NCBI GenBank assembly: GCA_951406725.2
Contig: OX597831.1
Location: 38,502,001 to 38,566,000, forward strand
Length of the DNA: 64,000 bases
From: Octopus vulgaris
Lineage: Eukaryota
Direction: 5' to 3'
A model generated the notes under the pieces. That model was not told the DNA's origin. It did no database searches and saw only the letters and a program-made list of their open reading frames with translations. The translations under genes and the position numbers were made by a program. Below are positions 28,069-42,499 of the stretch, piece by piece (position 1 is the stretch's first letter; each line of letters opens with the position of its first letter).

Positions 28069-28810
28069 GTGAGGTAGATATATATTTTTAATCTCATCCC
28101 GCTACATATTGTCGTGGTTTCTGTATAGCTGCATTAAGTATTAAATTCCTAGAATATTTTTGAAGACATTTTATTCGTATACATGCTTTTAGTTCTCTGT
28201 TTAGTCAATTTAATCACGAGATTATATTCAGAGTAAATACTTCATCAACACCGTTTTATTCCCATAGATATTTAATTCCATTATAAGTTTACTACTTTCA
28301 CATGTTATGCTTTAATTATTTCTCTGCACATCATTTTCGTTTCCTCTCCGTGTCATTCTGTTTACTCTGGTAAATATATAATATTTTCCGTTGGGATATA
28401 TAATTTACTGTATGTCTAGGTTAACCTGCGTATATACCTACACACATACACTTATATATGTATATATAGATAGATATGGTGTTAAATATATATATCCGGT
28501 CATAGAGTGACCAATGGTTTCCCATTGGACACGTCAGACTCTAATGGCGACGAGTGTGATTCTTTTTTCGGATATATGATAAACTAACGATTTATATAAC
28601 ATATATATATATATATATACGTGCGTGCGTGTGTATATGGGTACGTGTGAGTGCGTGTGTGTGTGTGAGCGCGCACGCGCGTGTGCTTGTGTGTGTATTT
28701 CCTTTTAGGACTCCGAGGGGGATGTTCTATAAAGTAGCTGATCGTACACGTTCTTTGTTGACCCTTTTTCAACACATACGTACATACATAATACATACAT
28801 ACATACATAT

Positions 28811-28871
<61 letters not shown>

Positions 28872-28946
28872 TATATACATATATGCATATGTATACATAC
28901 ACACATTACACACATACATATACATACACACATTACACACATATAT

Positions 28947-29010
<64 letters not shown>

Positions 29011-29643
29011 ATACATACATATGCACAATCTATATTTACCTCCTTCGATACGTTTGATATATTTTTACTTCAAAACTGTTTCCACTTTCCATTTTCTATT
29101 TTTATAGCGTTAACGTTTTAAAGTTTCTACGATAAAATATCGTAAAATTGAATAATTATCATTTTATCTATATTTTCTCATTGAATAAGATACACACACT
29201 ACATTCATTCTGAACATTACTACGGCTCATTTACTTCACTACTGATTTATTTCTACACATTATTCTTTTTTTTTTTTTTTTCTGAAATATATTTTTTGAT
29301 ATTTTTTTTTTGCTTTAAATGTTTTTTAAAAATTATACCGTATACTTATTTAGTATCGATATTACGAACTATAATATTCGACTGTTAGTCATTTTGAAAC
29401 GGTGCAGGCACGCCTCTGTTGATAACAATCTGGCTTCACAACCACTCAGTATTTCGGATTTAGTGCAAGAGCGTACCAGCCAAAGTAAGTGCTTTCTGCT
29501 ATAACTCCGAGAGGGCCAATGCCTTGTGGGTAATTTTCGCAGACGAAAACTACGCGAGAGCCCGTCGTGTCTTTGACTGTGTGTATGTATGTGTGCATGT
29601 TTGTGTGTATCTGTCTGTGTGTGTGTCTGTCTGTGTGTGTGTG

Positions 29644-29674
<31 letters not shown>

Positions 29675-29859
29675 TTGTCTTATATCTTGTATCGCTTATT
29701 TGTTTCAGTTATTATACACGGGTCATGCTGGGGCACCGAGTTGAAAAGTTTGTAGCCGAATGAATCTAAAATATACCCCAGTATTTATTCATTATAGCCT
29801 AGTACTAACTCTTCGTATTCATTTTATTTATTATTGCACTTATCATTCATTTTAGCCTC

Positions 29860-29959
29860 GGTGACTTTCGCAGAACCGCTAAGATTCAGGAACGTAAACA
29901 AACCAACATCAGCGTTCAAGTAGTGATGCGAGGACAGAGACTGACACGAAAAGTCACTT

Positions 29960-29996
<37 letters not shown>

Positions 29997-30190
29997 GTGT
30001 GTGTATGTGTGTGTGTGCGTGTGTCACACGATGGACTTCTTTCAGTTTCCTCCTACCAAATTCACTGGCAAGGGTTTGGTCGGCTCGTGGCTATAGTAGA
30101 AGACAATCACAGACACATGCGTAGAAGACACTCGACGAAAGTGCCACGCAATGGAACTGAGCCGAGAACCATGTTGATAGAAAGCAATCT
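29860..30190 (-). mobile_element. diverged SINE family A
   Basis: GAACCGCTAAG..ACGTAAACA, CTTCTTTCAGTTTCC and GCTATAGTAGAAGACA. Confidence 0.65.
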
Positions 30191-30996
30191 TCATTTGATA
30201 TAATCAACTCACTCGTTTGAAGACTGATTTTTTTTCGTATGAAAGCTGTAGACCAGACTAACGTAGCAACTAAAATTCTTAGACAAAGGAATGACATAAA
30301 TTAAAGTGTAAAAAGATATAAGGGAAAAATGATAAATATTGTCTTAAAATCTCAGTAATTAAAACAAATGGTTAAATATGCGCGTTCGATGTATTTTTTC
30401 TAATATTTTTAAAATTTCATATTGAAATTTCCCTCCCGCTGATTATGAAGAAATGGTTATCTCCCTTGTAAAGACTGCGATCACAAAAGGGAAAGACATG
30501 TGTTTAAGAAATTTTTCAGGTCTGCAGAAACTTTGGTGATCCTACATTTGTCTGTAATTGATTGATGTCTTGAATTTATATTCAGATATATTTTGCGGTC
30601 TGTTGTTGTGTTTCTCTTCTTGTTTTTGTTACCTACGTCGAGAACTCAACTGTCATCGAGGAGTCCTATGATGGAAGGCGTTTAAGTTATCCTCATTCTT
30701 TAATTCTTTCACTTTTGCGGAATATTAGATTATCTAACATTTACATTCTCATTATATCTATCCTGTTACGTTTTACGAATACATCGACGAAGTTTTGCTC
30801 TCTGTATCTAAACAAAGTAAGGTTATTATTGTGATGCAACAAATTTAACTGTATCATCAAATAGCTGGATGATAAGTACTTTAAGCTTACTCCTATTTTC
30901 CACCTCGATCGTGCCCCCAATTTATGATCTCGCAAATTGTTTGGTGCATCAGCAGAGAAATACCTCTTGTCTTTGCAGAGATAATTGATGTACGTT

Positions 30997-31379
30997 GAGG
31001 CGCAATGGCCCAGTGGTTAGGGCAGCGGACTCGCGGTCATAGGATCGCGGTTTCGATTCCCAGACCGGGCGTTGTGAGTGTTTATTGAGAGCGAAAACAC
31101 CTAAAGCTCCACGAGGCTCCGGCAGGGGATGGTGGTGATCCCTGCTGTACTCTTTCACCACAACTTTCTCTCACTCTTACTTCCTGTTTCTGTTGTACCT
31201 GTATTTCAAAGGACCGGCCTTGTCACTCTCTGTGTCACGCTGAATATCCCCGAGAACTACGTTAAGGGTACACGTGTCTGTGGAGTGCTCAGCCACTTAC
31301 ACGTTAATTTCACGAGCAGGCTGTTCCGTTGATTCAGATCAACCGGAACCCTCATCGTCGTAACCGACGGAGTGCTTCC
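30997..31379 (+). mobile_element. SINE family C (tRNA-Arg-like head), tail type 1, with TSD
   Basis: GAGGCGCAATGGCCCAGTGGTTAGGGCAGCGGACTCGCGG...GGTTTCGATTCCC. 14-bp TSD AATTGATGTA(C/G)GTT. Near-identical inverted copy at 50769-51143. Confidence 0.9.
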
Positions 31380-31501
31380 AATTGATGTAGGTTCCTGCTG
31401 GACGGCTGAAACTTTATATTCCGTGATTTTAAATATCAATGGAAAACTTGTACTCCCTCGGTGAAGAGGATGGATTTTTTGCAGTTGATTCGATGAAGTG
31501 A

Positions 31502-31538
<37 letters not shown>

Positions 31539-32439
31539 ACTCTACAGATATGAATACCTTTAATGTATTTCACAGGGAGATTAAACGTATAACTAGGAAC
31601 ATTAGAGGATAGTATGATGTGATAAAAGCTATAGATAAAATATCACTTCAGCAATTAAAATTGAACTTAACAATAAGTGAGATTCCAAATGGTGAACAAC
31701 TGACTCACAAAACCCGCCAGAAATAGCAGTTTACATCCTCAGATTACAAAAATGCTTCTTAGAAAATGGAAGCCACATTGAATAATCAAGCTGCAGATAT
31801 ATGCCTGAAATTGAAAGAAGGGGTAGATAAAAGACGGGAGTGCTACATCTAGAAGCCAATGAGTTAAATTTCTGCGAGTCCAGTTCTGAATTAGGTTAAA
31901 CAATGCTTTAGTTCCTGAAAATTTTTTTAGCAAGGATTAAGACTGAAAATGTTTAAAATTCTAAAACAGTTGTCACCGGTATCGTTTATGTATGATTGGT
32001 AACATTGTTCCAACTAGAAGTGAAATGGAGACTTGTCTTAGAGGAACGTGTAAACTATTCCAGTAATTTTGATGGATAGCAATACGAGGCAAACCTCTAG
32101 TTATTTATTTATTTTATTTTATTTATTATTATTTTTTTTTTGACAAAATGACAGTTCAACTGATTTAATAAGCGCAAGCAATTAGTCTGCTACAGAAAAC
32201 ATTAATCACAACATTCTAATTCATCATCATTATTTATTCAATGATTTATATGTTGTTGTTACTTTCGTTAAATACAATGAAAGGTGTGATGCTGCTTCGA
32301 CTGTGAGCTGTCTTAATGTAACCGGTGAGAATTAATTCTGCTGTCCTTCATGTGAATCCATCTATTTTCATCAAACCAGAGAAGAGTTTAGTAACTAACA
32401 GAATTAGCAACTTTTTTTTATCTTTTACATGTTAGTCGC

Positions 32440-32825
32440 GCCAGTTATTGAGCTGCTGCTACGCTGAAGCTCTGCTTTGACGAGTTTGGTCGAACAAATC
32501 TACCCCAGTACATCTTGCTTAAAATCTGCTATTTATCTGAACGTCTTCTTTTGCTGAACTGCTAACCAACAGGGACGTTAACCACCCTACACCTGTTGTC
32601 AACTGGTGGAGGGGAAGCCAAAAAAAAACAACAAATACACGCATACATGCATATATGGGTGGTTGTGTGTATGGATGTACATATGCAACATGCTTCTTAA
32701 AATTTCCGTGTCCCAAATCCACTCACAGAAGATTGGTCGACTTGGTATATATATAAGAAGACACTTGGCCAAGGTGCCGCACAGTGAGACTGAACTCAAA
32801 ACCACGTGATTGCAAAGGAGGCTTC
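32440..32825 (-). mobile_element. diverged SINE family A
   Basis: AAATCCACTCACA and AGAAGACACTTGGCCAAGGTGCCGCACAGTGAGACTGAAC. Confidence 0.7.
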
Positions 32826-33209
32826 TTAAATCCACATCCATGAAAAGAGCACATTTAATGACTAACATTCAGCGAGAGAATTCCCTCACCATGTGAATCT
32901 CTGTTTTCTGCCTCTGCTTCCATTCTCTGGCTGTTATTTAATTTCGTCTCTTCCCCGATCTGAAATACTTACCATGCCTCACAATCCATCTCGTTTATTT
33001 ATATTGTTATGTATAAATAAAGCGTATTGCTCTCTTAAGCTGCTATATCACATACGATGGAGATTTGGCTGTTATTTCTTGCACCTCCAGCCACCCGTCA
33101 GATGAGAACAATGCAGTCTATTTCATATTATTGATGCTGTTGCAATGAAATAAAACATTTTCTAATGCTATTTATTTGAAATTTTGTAGGTAAGTATACA
33201 TGCGAATGT

Positions 33210-33525
33210 GGAGGCGCAATGGCCCAGTGGTTAGGACAGTGACTCGCGGTTGGAGGATCGCGGTTTCGATTCCAAGACCGTGCGTTGTGTGTGTTTATTG
33301 AGCGAAAACACCTAAAACTCCACGAGGTTCCGCCAGAGGGGTGGGTGGCGACCTCAGTTGTACTCTTTCACCCCAACTTTCTCTCACTCTTTCTTCCTGT
33401 TTCTTGAATAACGATACGATGCACTGGCGTCCCGTCCAGCTCGGGGGAACACATACGCCACAGAAACCGGAAAACCGGACCCTTGAGCCTGATTAGGCTT
33501 GAGAAGGGCGCATAAATAAATAATA
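33210..33525 (+). mobile_element. SINE family C head with tail type 2
   Basis: Same head as 30997. After TTCCTGTTTCT it continues with GTCCCGTCCAG..GGGAACACATACGCCACAGAAACCGG, then (TAAA)n. Confidence 0.85.
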
Positions 33526-33599
33526 GAAATACGTGTGAATAAATCGTTATTGTTCACGGAATATATAATCTAAGCTTGTATTGTTATGTTGGACGCAAG

Positions 33600-34050
33600 C
33601 AATAATAATTGTTTCGAATTTAGGAGCACATCCAGTAATTTTAAAGTAGGGGCCAATCAACTATGTCGATTTCAGTACAAGACTATTGATTCTTTTTACG
33701 AAATGGTAAAGTTTACTTGGAGGCAATTTGAACTCAGAACCTAAAGATATATAAGAAAATAACACAAGGAATTTTTGCTCGACATTCTAACGATGCTACT
33801 ATTCCACTGCCCTTATATAACAGCTGATTCTAAAATTGGTTTCATATTTTGAGTTGAATGGTCAGCAAGTTTGAGTGAAGGCGGCACATCGACCCTACTA
33901 CTCAACTCGTACTTATTTTATCGACTCCGCAAGGATGAAAGCCAAAGTCGACCTCGACGGAGTTTGAACTCTGAACGTAAAAGCGGACGAAATGCCGCTA
34001 AGCGCTAGGCATAATATTCGGCGTATTAACAATTCTGACAGCCCACCATT
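33600..34050 (-). mobile_element. two diverged SINE family B copies
   Basis: AAGGATGAAAGCCAAAGTCGACCTCGACGGAGTTTGAACTC and AATTTGAACTCAGAAC. Confidence 0.7.
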
Positions 34051-34224
34051 TTTAATTGTTTCTATGATTGGCATAGTGGAGGCACATGGCCTACTGGTTA
34101 GAGCAGCGGACTCGCGGTCGAGTGTTTGCGGGTTCGATCCAAAATTTGTGCCAAAATTTGAAAACTAATATTACAAGCAGTTCTATATTCAAGAGATGAG
34201 GAATTATCTACATTATTTACGTTA

Positions 34225-34358
34225 CTTACATTTGACGGATATTTGTCCTCATCTTTGAAATTTCCCAAGACACCTGATGAAAGATGGAGGGTATATCAGC
34301 CGAAACGTTGTGCTAACAACAAACAAGATGAGTACAAATATCCGTCAAATGTAAATAA
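34225..34358 (+). ncRNA. minimal hammerhead (34270-34313) inside a 30-bp inverted repeat
   Basis: ACAC-CTGATGA-AAGATGGAGGGTATATCAGCC-GAAAC-GTT-GTG (stem II partly decayed). Arms TACATTTGACGGATATTTGTCCTCATCTT / AAGATGAGTACAAATATCCGTCAAATGTA. Confidence 0.7.
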
Positions 34359-34534
34359 TGAACATTACAAACGTTTCCAATGGAGAATACAAGAACAATG
34401 CTATACATACATACACATACACACACATATGTGTATACTTATAGTTGTATACATACATAATTTAACTACATTTCTTAATAAAACCATTCCTTCGTGTGTG
34501 TGTTTGTGTGTGTATGTGCGTATGTATGACAATG

Positions 34535-34658
34535 TGATCACGTGATCATGTGTCCGGTCAAGCTATCAGATGTTGTTAAGATCGTTGGTCACAATGCGCT
34601 CTTGGAATGTTTAGCCTTAAAAGGACGCCACCCCGCTGGCTAGGCGAGCAGGCCAACA
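34535..34658 (-). mobile_element. stand-alone SINE C tail type 3
   Basis: Reverse complement of 61840-61960 and 36589-36715. Confidence 0.7.
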
Positions 34659-34819
34659 ATCTCCCTTGATCGAAGGAGGACTGGAGTTGTGTGAAATGAA
34701 GTCTTTTGCTCAAGATCACAATGTGCCACTCAGTCAAAGATCTAGGAGGGGCTGTGTGGTGAGTAGAAACATATATTAATTTTAGAATTATTAATTTAGA
34801 ATATTAAAATAGAATTATA

Positions 34820-35342
34820 TTACGGCACCTTGAGCAAGTACCTTCTACTAAAGCCTCGGGCCGACCAAAGCCTTGCGAGTGGATTTGGTAGACGGAAACT
34901 GAAAGAATCCGTCGTATGAGCTGGCAGAAACGTTAGCACGTCGGGCGAAATGCGTAGCCGTATTTCATCTGCAGTTATGTTCTGAGTTCAAATTCCGCCG
35001 AGGTCGACTTTGCCTTTCATCCTTTCGGGGTCGATAAATAAAGTACCAGTTTCGCACTGGGGACGATTATATTGACTTAAGCCGTGTGTCTGTCCTTGTT
35101 TGTCCCCTCTGTGTTTAACCCCTTGTGGGTAGTAAAAAAATATATATGTGTGTATGAGTGTATATGTTTGTGTTTGTGTTTGTCTCCCACCCACCCCCAG
35201 CATCGCTTGACAACGGTTCGGCAAAAGAGACTGATAGAATAAGTACTAGCCTTACAAAGAATAAGTCCTGAGGTCGATTTGCTCGAATAAAGGCGGTGCT
35301 CCAGTATGGCCACAGTCAAATAACTGAAACAAGTAAAAGAGT
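34820..35342 (+). mobile_element. SINE family A interrupted by a young family B copy (34918-35137)
   Basis: The A 5' half ends at GTCGTA, the B element follows, and the A 3' half resumes after the TG tract. Confidence 0.8.
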
Positions 35343-36438
35343 AATAAATTATAGGTAAACACTCGTGGACACTCGTAAATTTACATATAGAAACGTAGGT
35401 ACCGATAACAAGACATTCATTATATGTGTACCGTGGGGGTGTAGGTATGCATGTATGTTTATGTGTATGTATGTGCATGTAAGTTTCTATTCCTGATGTT
35501 AATTGGATTTCTACAGTTGAAATTTCATACCGGAGAAGAATGTCCCTCAAAAACAATTTTTCGCACCGGTAATATATGTAGTAGATCTTGTGGTTTCAAT
35601 TGTAACTGGTTATATTTTGCAACTGGCGTCTTAAAAGTAAAGTACTATAAAACATAATGAACATTAGCAAGGTGAGACTGGATTGCAGTAAATGAATTCT
35701 GTGTAGAATTAGCAGACATGAAATTGCTTACCTAAACGAGAAGTAAGAAGTGGTAAATATGCTTAACTGGTACTAAGCTGTAAAGTTTTCTTTAGGGAAT
35801 GATGTATATGTCCGTATCTATTTAGTTCAAATTTCGAGAAATGTTTTGTTACGATATCAGTAGATATAATTGTTTCTCAAAAGATTTAGACAAACTTTTT
35901 ACTTATTTGACAATTAAAAGAGGCGTATAAGTGTAATTGGAGGGATTCTGCACAGCAAGAAATGTTTCGGCTAAAAGCAATTTCTCACTATGTAGTTGTA
36001 GCAGGCGCCAACTCCAATATGCACACAAGAAACAGTGCATAAGGAAATTACGTTTGAAGTGAGAATCTTTGATTCTTTCTTACTGTACAAAGCGATGGTA
36101 GAACCGACAAGACCGTTTCTGTTCTGTCACACCAGTTTCTATAGATGTTAAGCAATTTGCTCAAATAATAGCATACATTTATAAATAGAAATGAACGCAA
36201 AATATAATGGAAGCATTATGCCTGAAAGAAAAAAATCTCTGTGGGTTTTCTCTAACATGAAATAATGTTGATCATTTTTTAATACAGAGTGACCTGGGGC
36301 TAAAATGTAACATGATGACGTTATATTTTGATGGAATAGACCTAATAATGTACCGATATATACACATATGTGTATGTGTGTATGTAATCATGCACTGACT
36401 GATTAATATATCTCTCTATTTAACTATCTATTTATCTG

Positions 36439-36505
<67 letters not shown>

Positions 36506-36530
36506 GTCTATCTGTCTATCTATCTATCTG

Positions 36531-36571
<41 letters not shown>

Positions 36572-36588
36572 ATATATATATATATATA

Positions 36589-36712
36589 TTGGCCTGGTCG
36601 CTTAGCCAGCAGGGTGGCGTCATTCAAAGGCTAAAACAATGCGAACGCATTGTAACCAGCGATGTGTAACTACATCTGATGGACTGGTCGGTCACGTGAT
36701 CACGTGGTCACG

Positions 36713-36715
<3 letters not shown>
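36589..36715 (+). mobile_element. stand-alone SINE C tail type 3 between (TA)n tracts
   Basis: TTGGCCTGGTCGCTTAGCCAGCAGGGTGGCGTCATT...GGTCACGTGATCACGTG matches 61842-61960. Confidence 0.8.
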
Positions 36716-36755
<40 letters not shown>

Positions 36756-36858
36756 TATATGTATGTATATACATATACATATATATATATACATGCATAT
36801 ATATATATTATATATGGTTGTATGTGTATATATATATGTATGTGTGTGTGTGGATGTA

Positions 36859-36894
<36 letters not shown>

Positions 36895-38012
36895 TGTATG
36901 TATGTATGTATGTGTGTATGTACGTAAGTATATACTTGTATATGTCTTTCTGACTAATATTTTGCTATTGAAAGAATTTTCAATTTAGTATTTAATTATA
37001 TGTGTGTAAACCATTCCAGCAAAAACAATGTTGACAGTTATGACTTTACACCACTGAGGTCTCGACTATCATAAGCAGTCTTTTTACTGCTCTTTACTCA
37101 CGACATTTGAATTTTCGAACCAGAGACGCAGTGAGTTTCAGTATGCCAGCAGGTAATTGTGAAGTGAAATTCTTAACCATACACCCTTGCTTGCACCCGT
37201 ATAGTCACGCGCAACCTTAATATCGTTCTCATGAAGATTCAGTATGTGAAAAGGCTGGCCCTTTGTATAACCGGTACAACTGACTTTTGCCATCTGAGTG
37301 GTCTAGTGAAACGTGAAATAAAGTGTTTTGCCCAAGGATACAGCGCGTAGCCAGGAATCTAACACGCCGCCTTGCGATCGTGCGCTGAATACATTAACCA
37401 CTAAGCCACGCCCTTTTTAATCAATGTATGACAAGTGGGTACATTCGTAAATTTCCGGCAATGTTCTCTAAAGGCATAATATTATCGCTTTCCCTGTTCT
37501 GATTCTCTTTTGCCTTTGTGTCTATCGTTGTTTCTCTTTCTGTACGAAATTAAGGATTGCAGAAGAAAAACAATTTACTTTTTAAAATCTTATTTCGTGG
37601 GATGCGTTTCTTTCGAATTATTCCGAACAGCCGTTAAAATTAATCCTTGCGTAGCTGCAAGATATAAAATTAAGTAGGATTGACAGAAAATGCAACACTT
37701 CTCAGAGAAACAAATACAATATTACGTTTAAGAAGCAAATTTTACTCTGGTTGGAACTTTCCATCTTCTCCTCTTCGACTGCCAATATTTCTCATAAATC
37801 TTAAGAAATTAACGTTGGTTATTTAAACAGGAACTGTCGACAAGACAACAGATAATCTTACCGACATAAAGAAATCCGAATGCAATGAATTACTCCATTG
37901 TTAATTCAATAAATGTATTCTACTGATAATCAAATTTTCATTGTGTCACAAATAACTTATTTCAAACACAAACACACACACACACACACACTCACATACA
38001 CACACACACACA

Positions 38013-38055
<43 letters not shown>

Positions 38056-39567
38056 ACACACACGCACACACATACACACTCACACAAACTCACACCTACA
38101 CAAACGCACGCCCATACATATACACTCGTACAGATCTATGCATTCACACAATCAGAGAATGTGTGCTATTACAAAGTAGAACATTCACCAATAAATCTTG
38201 TAACGATTAGTGCAGACATATATCAACTAAATTTATGGCAGTGATGTTTGTGCTGAAGAATGAAATACTAGAGCAAGATGGCACTTAAAAGTAACTTAAT
38301 GGTTTATTTATTTATTCACATATTCATTTATATATTTATTCATTTATTTATTTAAAAATCAAATCGCCTATTTTCAGTAAAACTGTTACTGCTATTACTT
38401 TCTAGTAACTGGTCAGCATTGACTTATAATGAAAATGCATTCCAGTTATGATCATTCGACCTTTTATATTCATGACGTAGTTTTATATATGGTCATATCA
38501 CGAATGTATGTTTGTCTAGCTTTCTTGTAATGCTCCGCAAAACGGATAACCTCATCTTTGTCTCCGTTTCTCTAACGTGATCTTAGGTATGCGTGATCTT
38601 TATATATGATCACATTAATAAATCAATCCTTTAAATATGGAAGAGTCTCATTTGACACTGATATGTGGTAACTAATTCTCGCGCGTAGATCGACTACTCA
38701 CAGAAAACATCAAGGACTTCAGTAAAACTTAATGTATCACATAAACGCAGAAGCAAGGTTTGAAGTGGGAAAGAATAATTATTTCTACTTAAAAGGCCCG
38801 AAATTTTGGGGGAAGGGGTCAGTCGATTAGATCGACCCCAGTACGCAGCTGGTACTTATCGACCCCGAAAAGGATGAATGGCAAAGTTAACATCGGCGGA
38901 AGGGGGAAAGAATAATGCCTTGAAAAAGGCTTAAGGTCTTCAAATACTTTAATTTTGATTTCTAAAATAGGTAAAGGGTATGAGAGAGGTAAAGGTTATG
39001 AAAGGTTATGAGAGAGGGCATAATCGATTAAATTGATACCTGTCGTACCTAGATTAATCCACTGTCATTCTTTATGGTACCTGGTTATTCTGTCGTCATT
39101 CTTCGTTTGCCCTGCCTAACCTAATACATCGGAATTCTTTGCTTACATTACCAAGTTTAATTTACCATCATGTTTTCAATGTCACATCTCAGCCAATCTG
39201 CTGTTGTATTTTTCCTTTAATAAAACGGGAATCGAAATTTTAAAAGAATACACTAACATATGCGTTTATCAATATTCGATACGTTATGGTAGGCACATTT
39301 TTTGTACCTATAACGAACAAATAAAGATCCACGCACTGCTTCTAACATGGTATGGGAATTCCAAAGGGAACATAACCGATTGTGAACTATTATAGACTTG
39401 TTTATTTCATTCATTGGCCATGTCTAAAGCTGATGATTTCAACACTATACAAAAAGAATTTGCGAAGTTACTTGCAACATGTTTATCTGACACTGTAATT
39501 AATCCATTCCTCTGCTAAATGACATCAAACAGAAGACAGTCTAAATCACTTTCTCTCTTTCTCTTTT

Positions 39568-39962
39568 CTCTTTTACTTGTTTCAGTCATTTGACTGCGGC
39601 CATGCTGGAGCACCGCCTTTAATCGAGCATCTCGACCCCGGGACTTATTCTTTGTAAGCCCAGTACTTATTCTATCGGTCTCTTTTTTGCCGAACCGCTA
39701 AGTGACGGGGACGTAAACACACCAGCATCGGTTGTCAAGCGATGCTAGGGGGTCAAACACAGACACACAAACACACACATATATATATGTACATATATAC
39801 GACAGGCTTCTTTCAGTTTCCGTCTACCAAATCCACTCACAAGGCATTGGTCGGCCCGGGGCTATAGCAGAAGACACTTGCCCAAGATGCCACGCAGTGG
39901 GACTGAACCCGGAACCATGTGGTTGGTTAGCAAGCTACTTACCACACAGCCACTCCTGCGCC
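39568..39962 (-). mobile_element. SINE family A, full length
   Basis: Near-identical reverse complement of 7229-7617. Confidence 0.9.
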
Positions 39963-40458
39963 TTTAAATACAATTATAGTGTTGATATCTCAATAAAATC
40001 TGTCATAATTTTAAGAAAACATGTTTGTATTCCATTTTCTTTGAATAAAACTTTAAAAAAAGCAGTGATTCTAATTTTTTTATTTTTAGTGTAATTTGAT
40101 TAATATCATGTCTCGTGTTTCACATAAAATCTACGAATATTTTGCCACCACACTAACATCTCGTACAGGTTATATATCATCACACCTAATTGTAAAAACA
40201 CAGCTGCTACGGAATGTAGTATGCTGCTTACAAAACAAAACACTAGCACACAAAAAAGTAAATGAATATGTGCATGCGTGTGTGATGGTTGGCTGAGTAG
40301 TAAGAAGTTTGTCTCTACATCACATCGTTCCGGGTTCAGACCCATTGCATCGCATCTCCGACAATGTCATCTAGTATAGCATCGAGCCTCGAGCCATGGG
40401 GATTTATTAATGGGAAAATGAAAGAACCCCCCCAACACGCTCTCTCTCTCACACACAT

Positions 40459-40498
<40 letters not shown>

Positions 40499-41111
40499 GC
40501 ACACATACATGTGTGTGTGTATGTATTTAGCTTTGTCTGTGCGTTGTTGTTGTTGTTGTGTGTGTGTGTGTTTGTGTGTATCACCGCTTGGGAGAAAAGG
40601 AAACCGATAGAAGTTCCAGGATTTAAAAAAAAAACATGTAGTGGGGACAAATCGTTCGATTAAAAGTCTTCAAGGCCTTTTCCACCATGGCGGTTCTCTA
40701 ATGACAGGCGTAAAGGATAATAGATCTATGTTTGTATACACTAACACACATATTGCACATATATATATGTATAATAAGCCACCCATATTGACACTTACCG
40801 TTTTTGAAATCAGGGTATGATTTCAATGGTCTTCTTATAAACTGACAAGGTGAGTTGAGTTTAACCCTAGGCATGATAAGAGCCACCGAGGATAATTAAG
40901 ATGCTCTGCATGAAAATTCGAAATTAGCGATGATCTGGTTATGTCTGCCGGGGAACTTTTCTCTCCTTGTTAGTCATAAAGATAGTGCTTCTCTGGCGAT
41001 GGTGTTCTTTTGACTCATATTTCTAACAATGCTGGTACCAACTAGTACACTCTGTCACGTTTGTGACGTCTACTTATTTGACTTTGGGTTGTTAAATTTA
41101 TAACAGTCCAT

Positions 41112-41420
<309 letters not shown>

Positions 41421-41429
41421 TTTATACAA

Positions 41430-41521
<92 letters not shown>

Positions 41522-42168
41522 TATATTATTATATATATGTACATATATATATGTATATTTATATATATATTTACAAATATATATATATATATGATTATTA
41601 GAAGATATGTATTCTGACAATCTACAATGTATCATAATATTTTCCAAGCTGAAATTAGTATTATTACTATATAAAGGAAGTTGTGACACAGTACTCACCC
41701 TATTTGGCAAATAATATGCTGACAATATTCTCGTAAAATATTATACATAAAAAATATTAAACTAAATAAATAAAAAAAATAAGCAAAAGATGTCATAGAT
41801 ACTGGTTTGTCAATATGGGAATAAATATTATTTAATAAATTGCAATGATAAACCAAAGCAGTTTGAGTTTAATGTCTGCGTGAAAAATGGTAAGTGAATT
41901 CATGAATGACACACCTTGATAGATGAACGAATGTCATCATTCAGCTGCTGACATCAATACTTGAATGCTCTTTCAGAAAATTGAAGAAACGTGACTGGAC
42001 ATTCGAAGTTAAGTAAATACCATTACAGCAGGAGTGCTCAGTCATCTGATGATGTTCTTTGATGATAAAAAAAAAAACATATCTTTCTAAGCAATGACTG
42101 ATTGTCGTCTTTGAATTGAAATAGACAAACATTCACTCGCACATACTCACACCCACACGCATACACAT

Positions 42169-42217
<49 letters not shown>

Positions 42218-42420
42218 CACAAACAGACACGTATGCACAAATACATATGCTACATCATAGTCACGTTCACATGAAATTTATTTAAATACTGCTCCTTTCT
42301 GACGAAGCATGAATACAGTGTATTATCTATGTGTCTGTCTGATTGCTTCATACATTCTCTTTCGTATGTTTGTATATATGTATAGAACTGTGTGTGGGTG
42401 TTTGTGTGTGTGAGTGTATT

Positions 42421-42494
<74 letters not shown>

Positions 42495-42499
42495 AAAAA

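Noticed and set aside
27711-28091. Arg-rich, protamine-like ORF
   Set aside because: It is a (GAA)n/polypurine tract following a SINE head remnant; the codons are a pure repeat.
30997-31070. Possible tRNA-Arg gene
   Set aside because: The tRNA-like head runs into a SINE body with a TSD, occurs in many copies and lacks a proper acceptor stem.
40790-40910. Possible minus-strand exon (CAG acceptor, GGTAAGT donor)
   Set aside because: All three frames contain stops and the peptide is not recognisable. Needs RNA-seq.
41965-42020. Possible short plus-strand exon (KLKKRDWTFE)
   Set aside because: Weak donor, too short and no corroborating exons.
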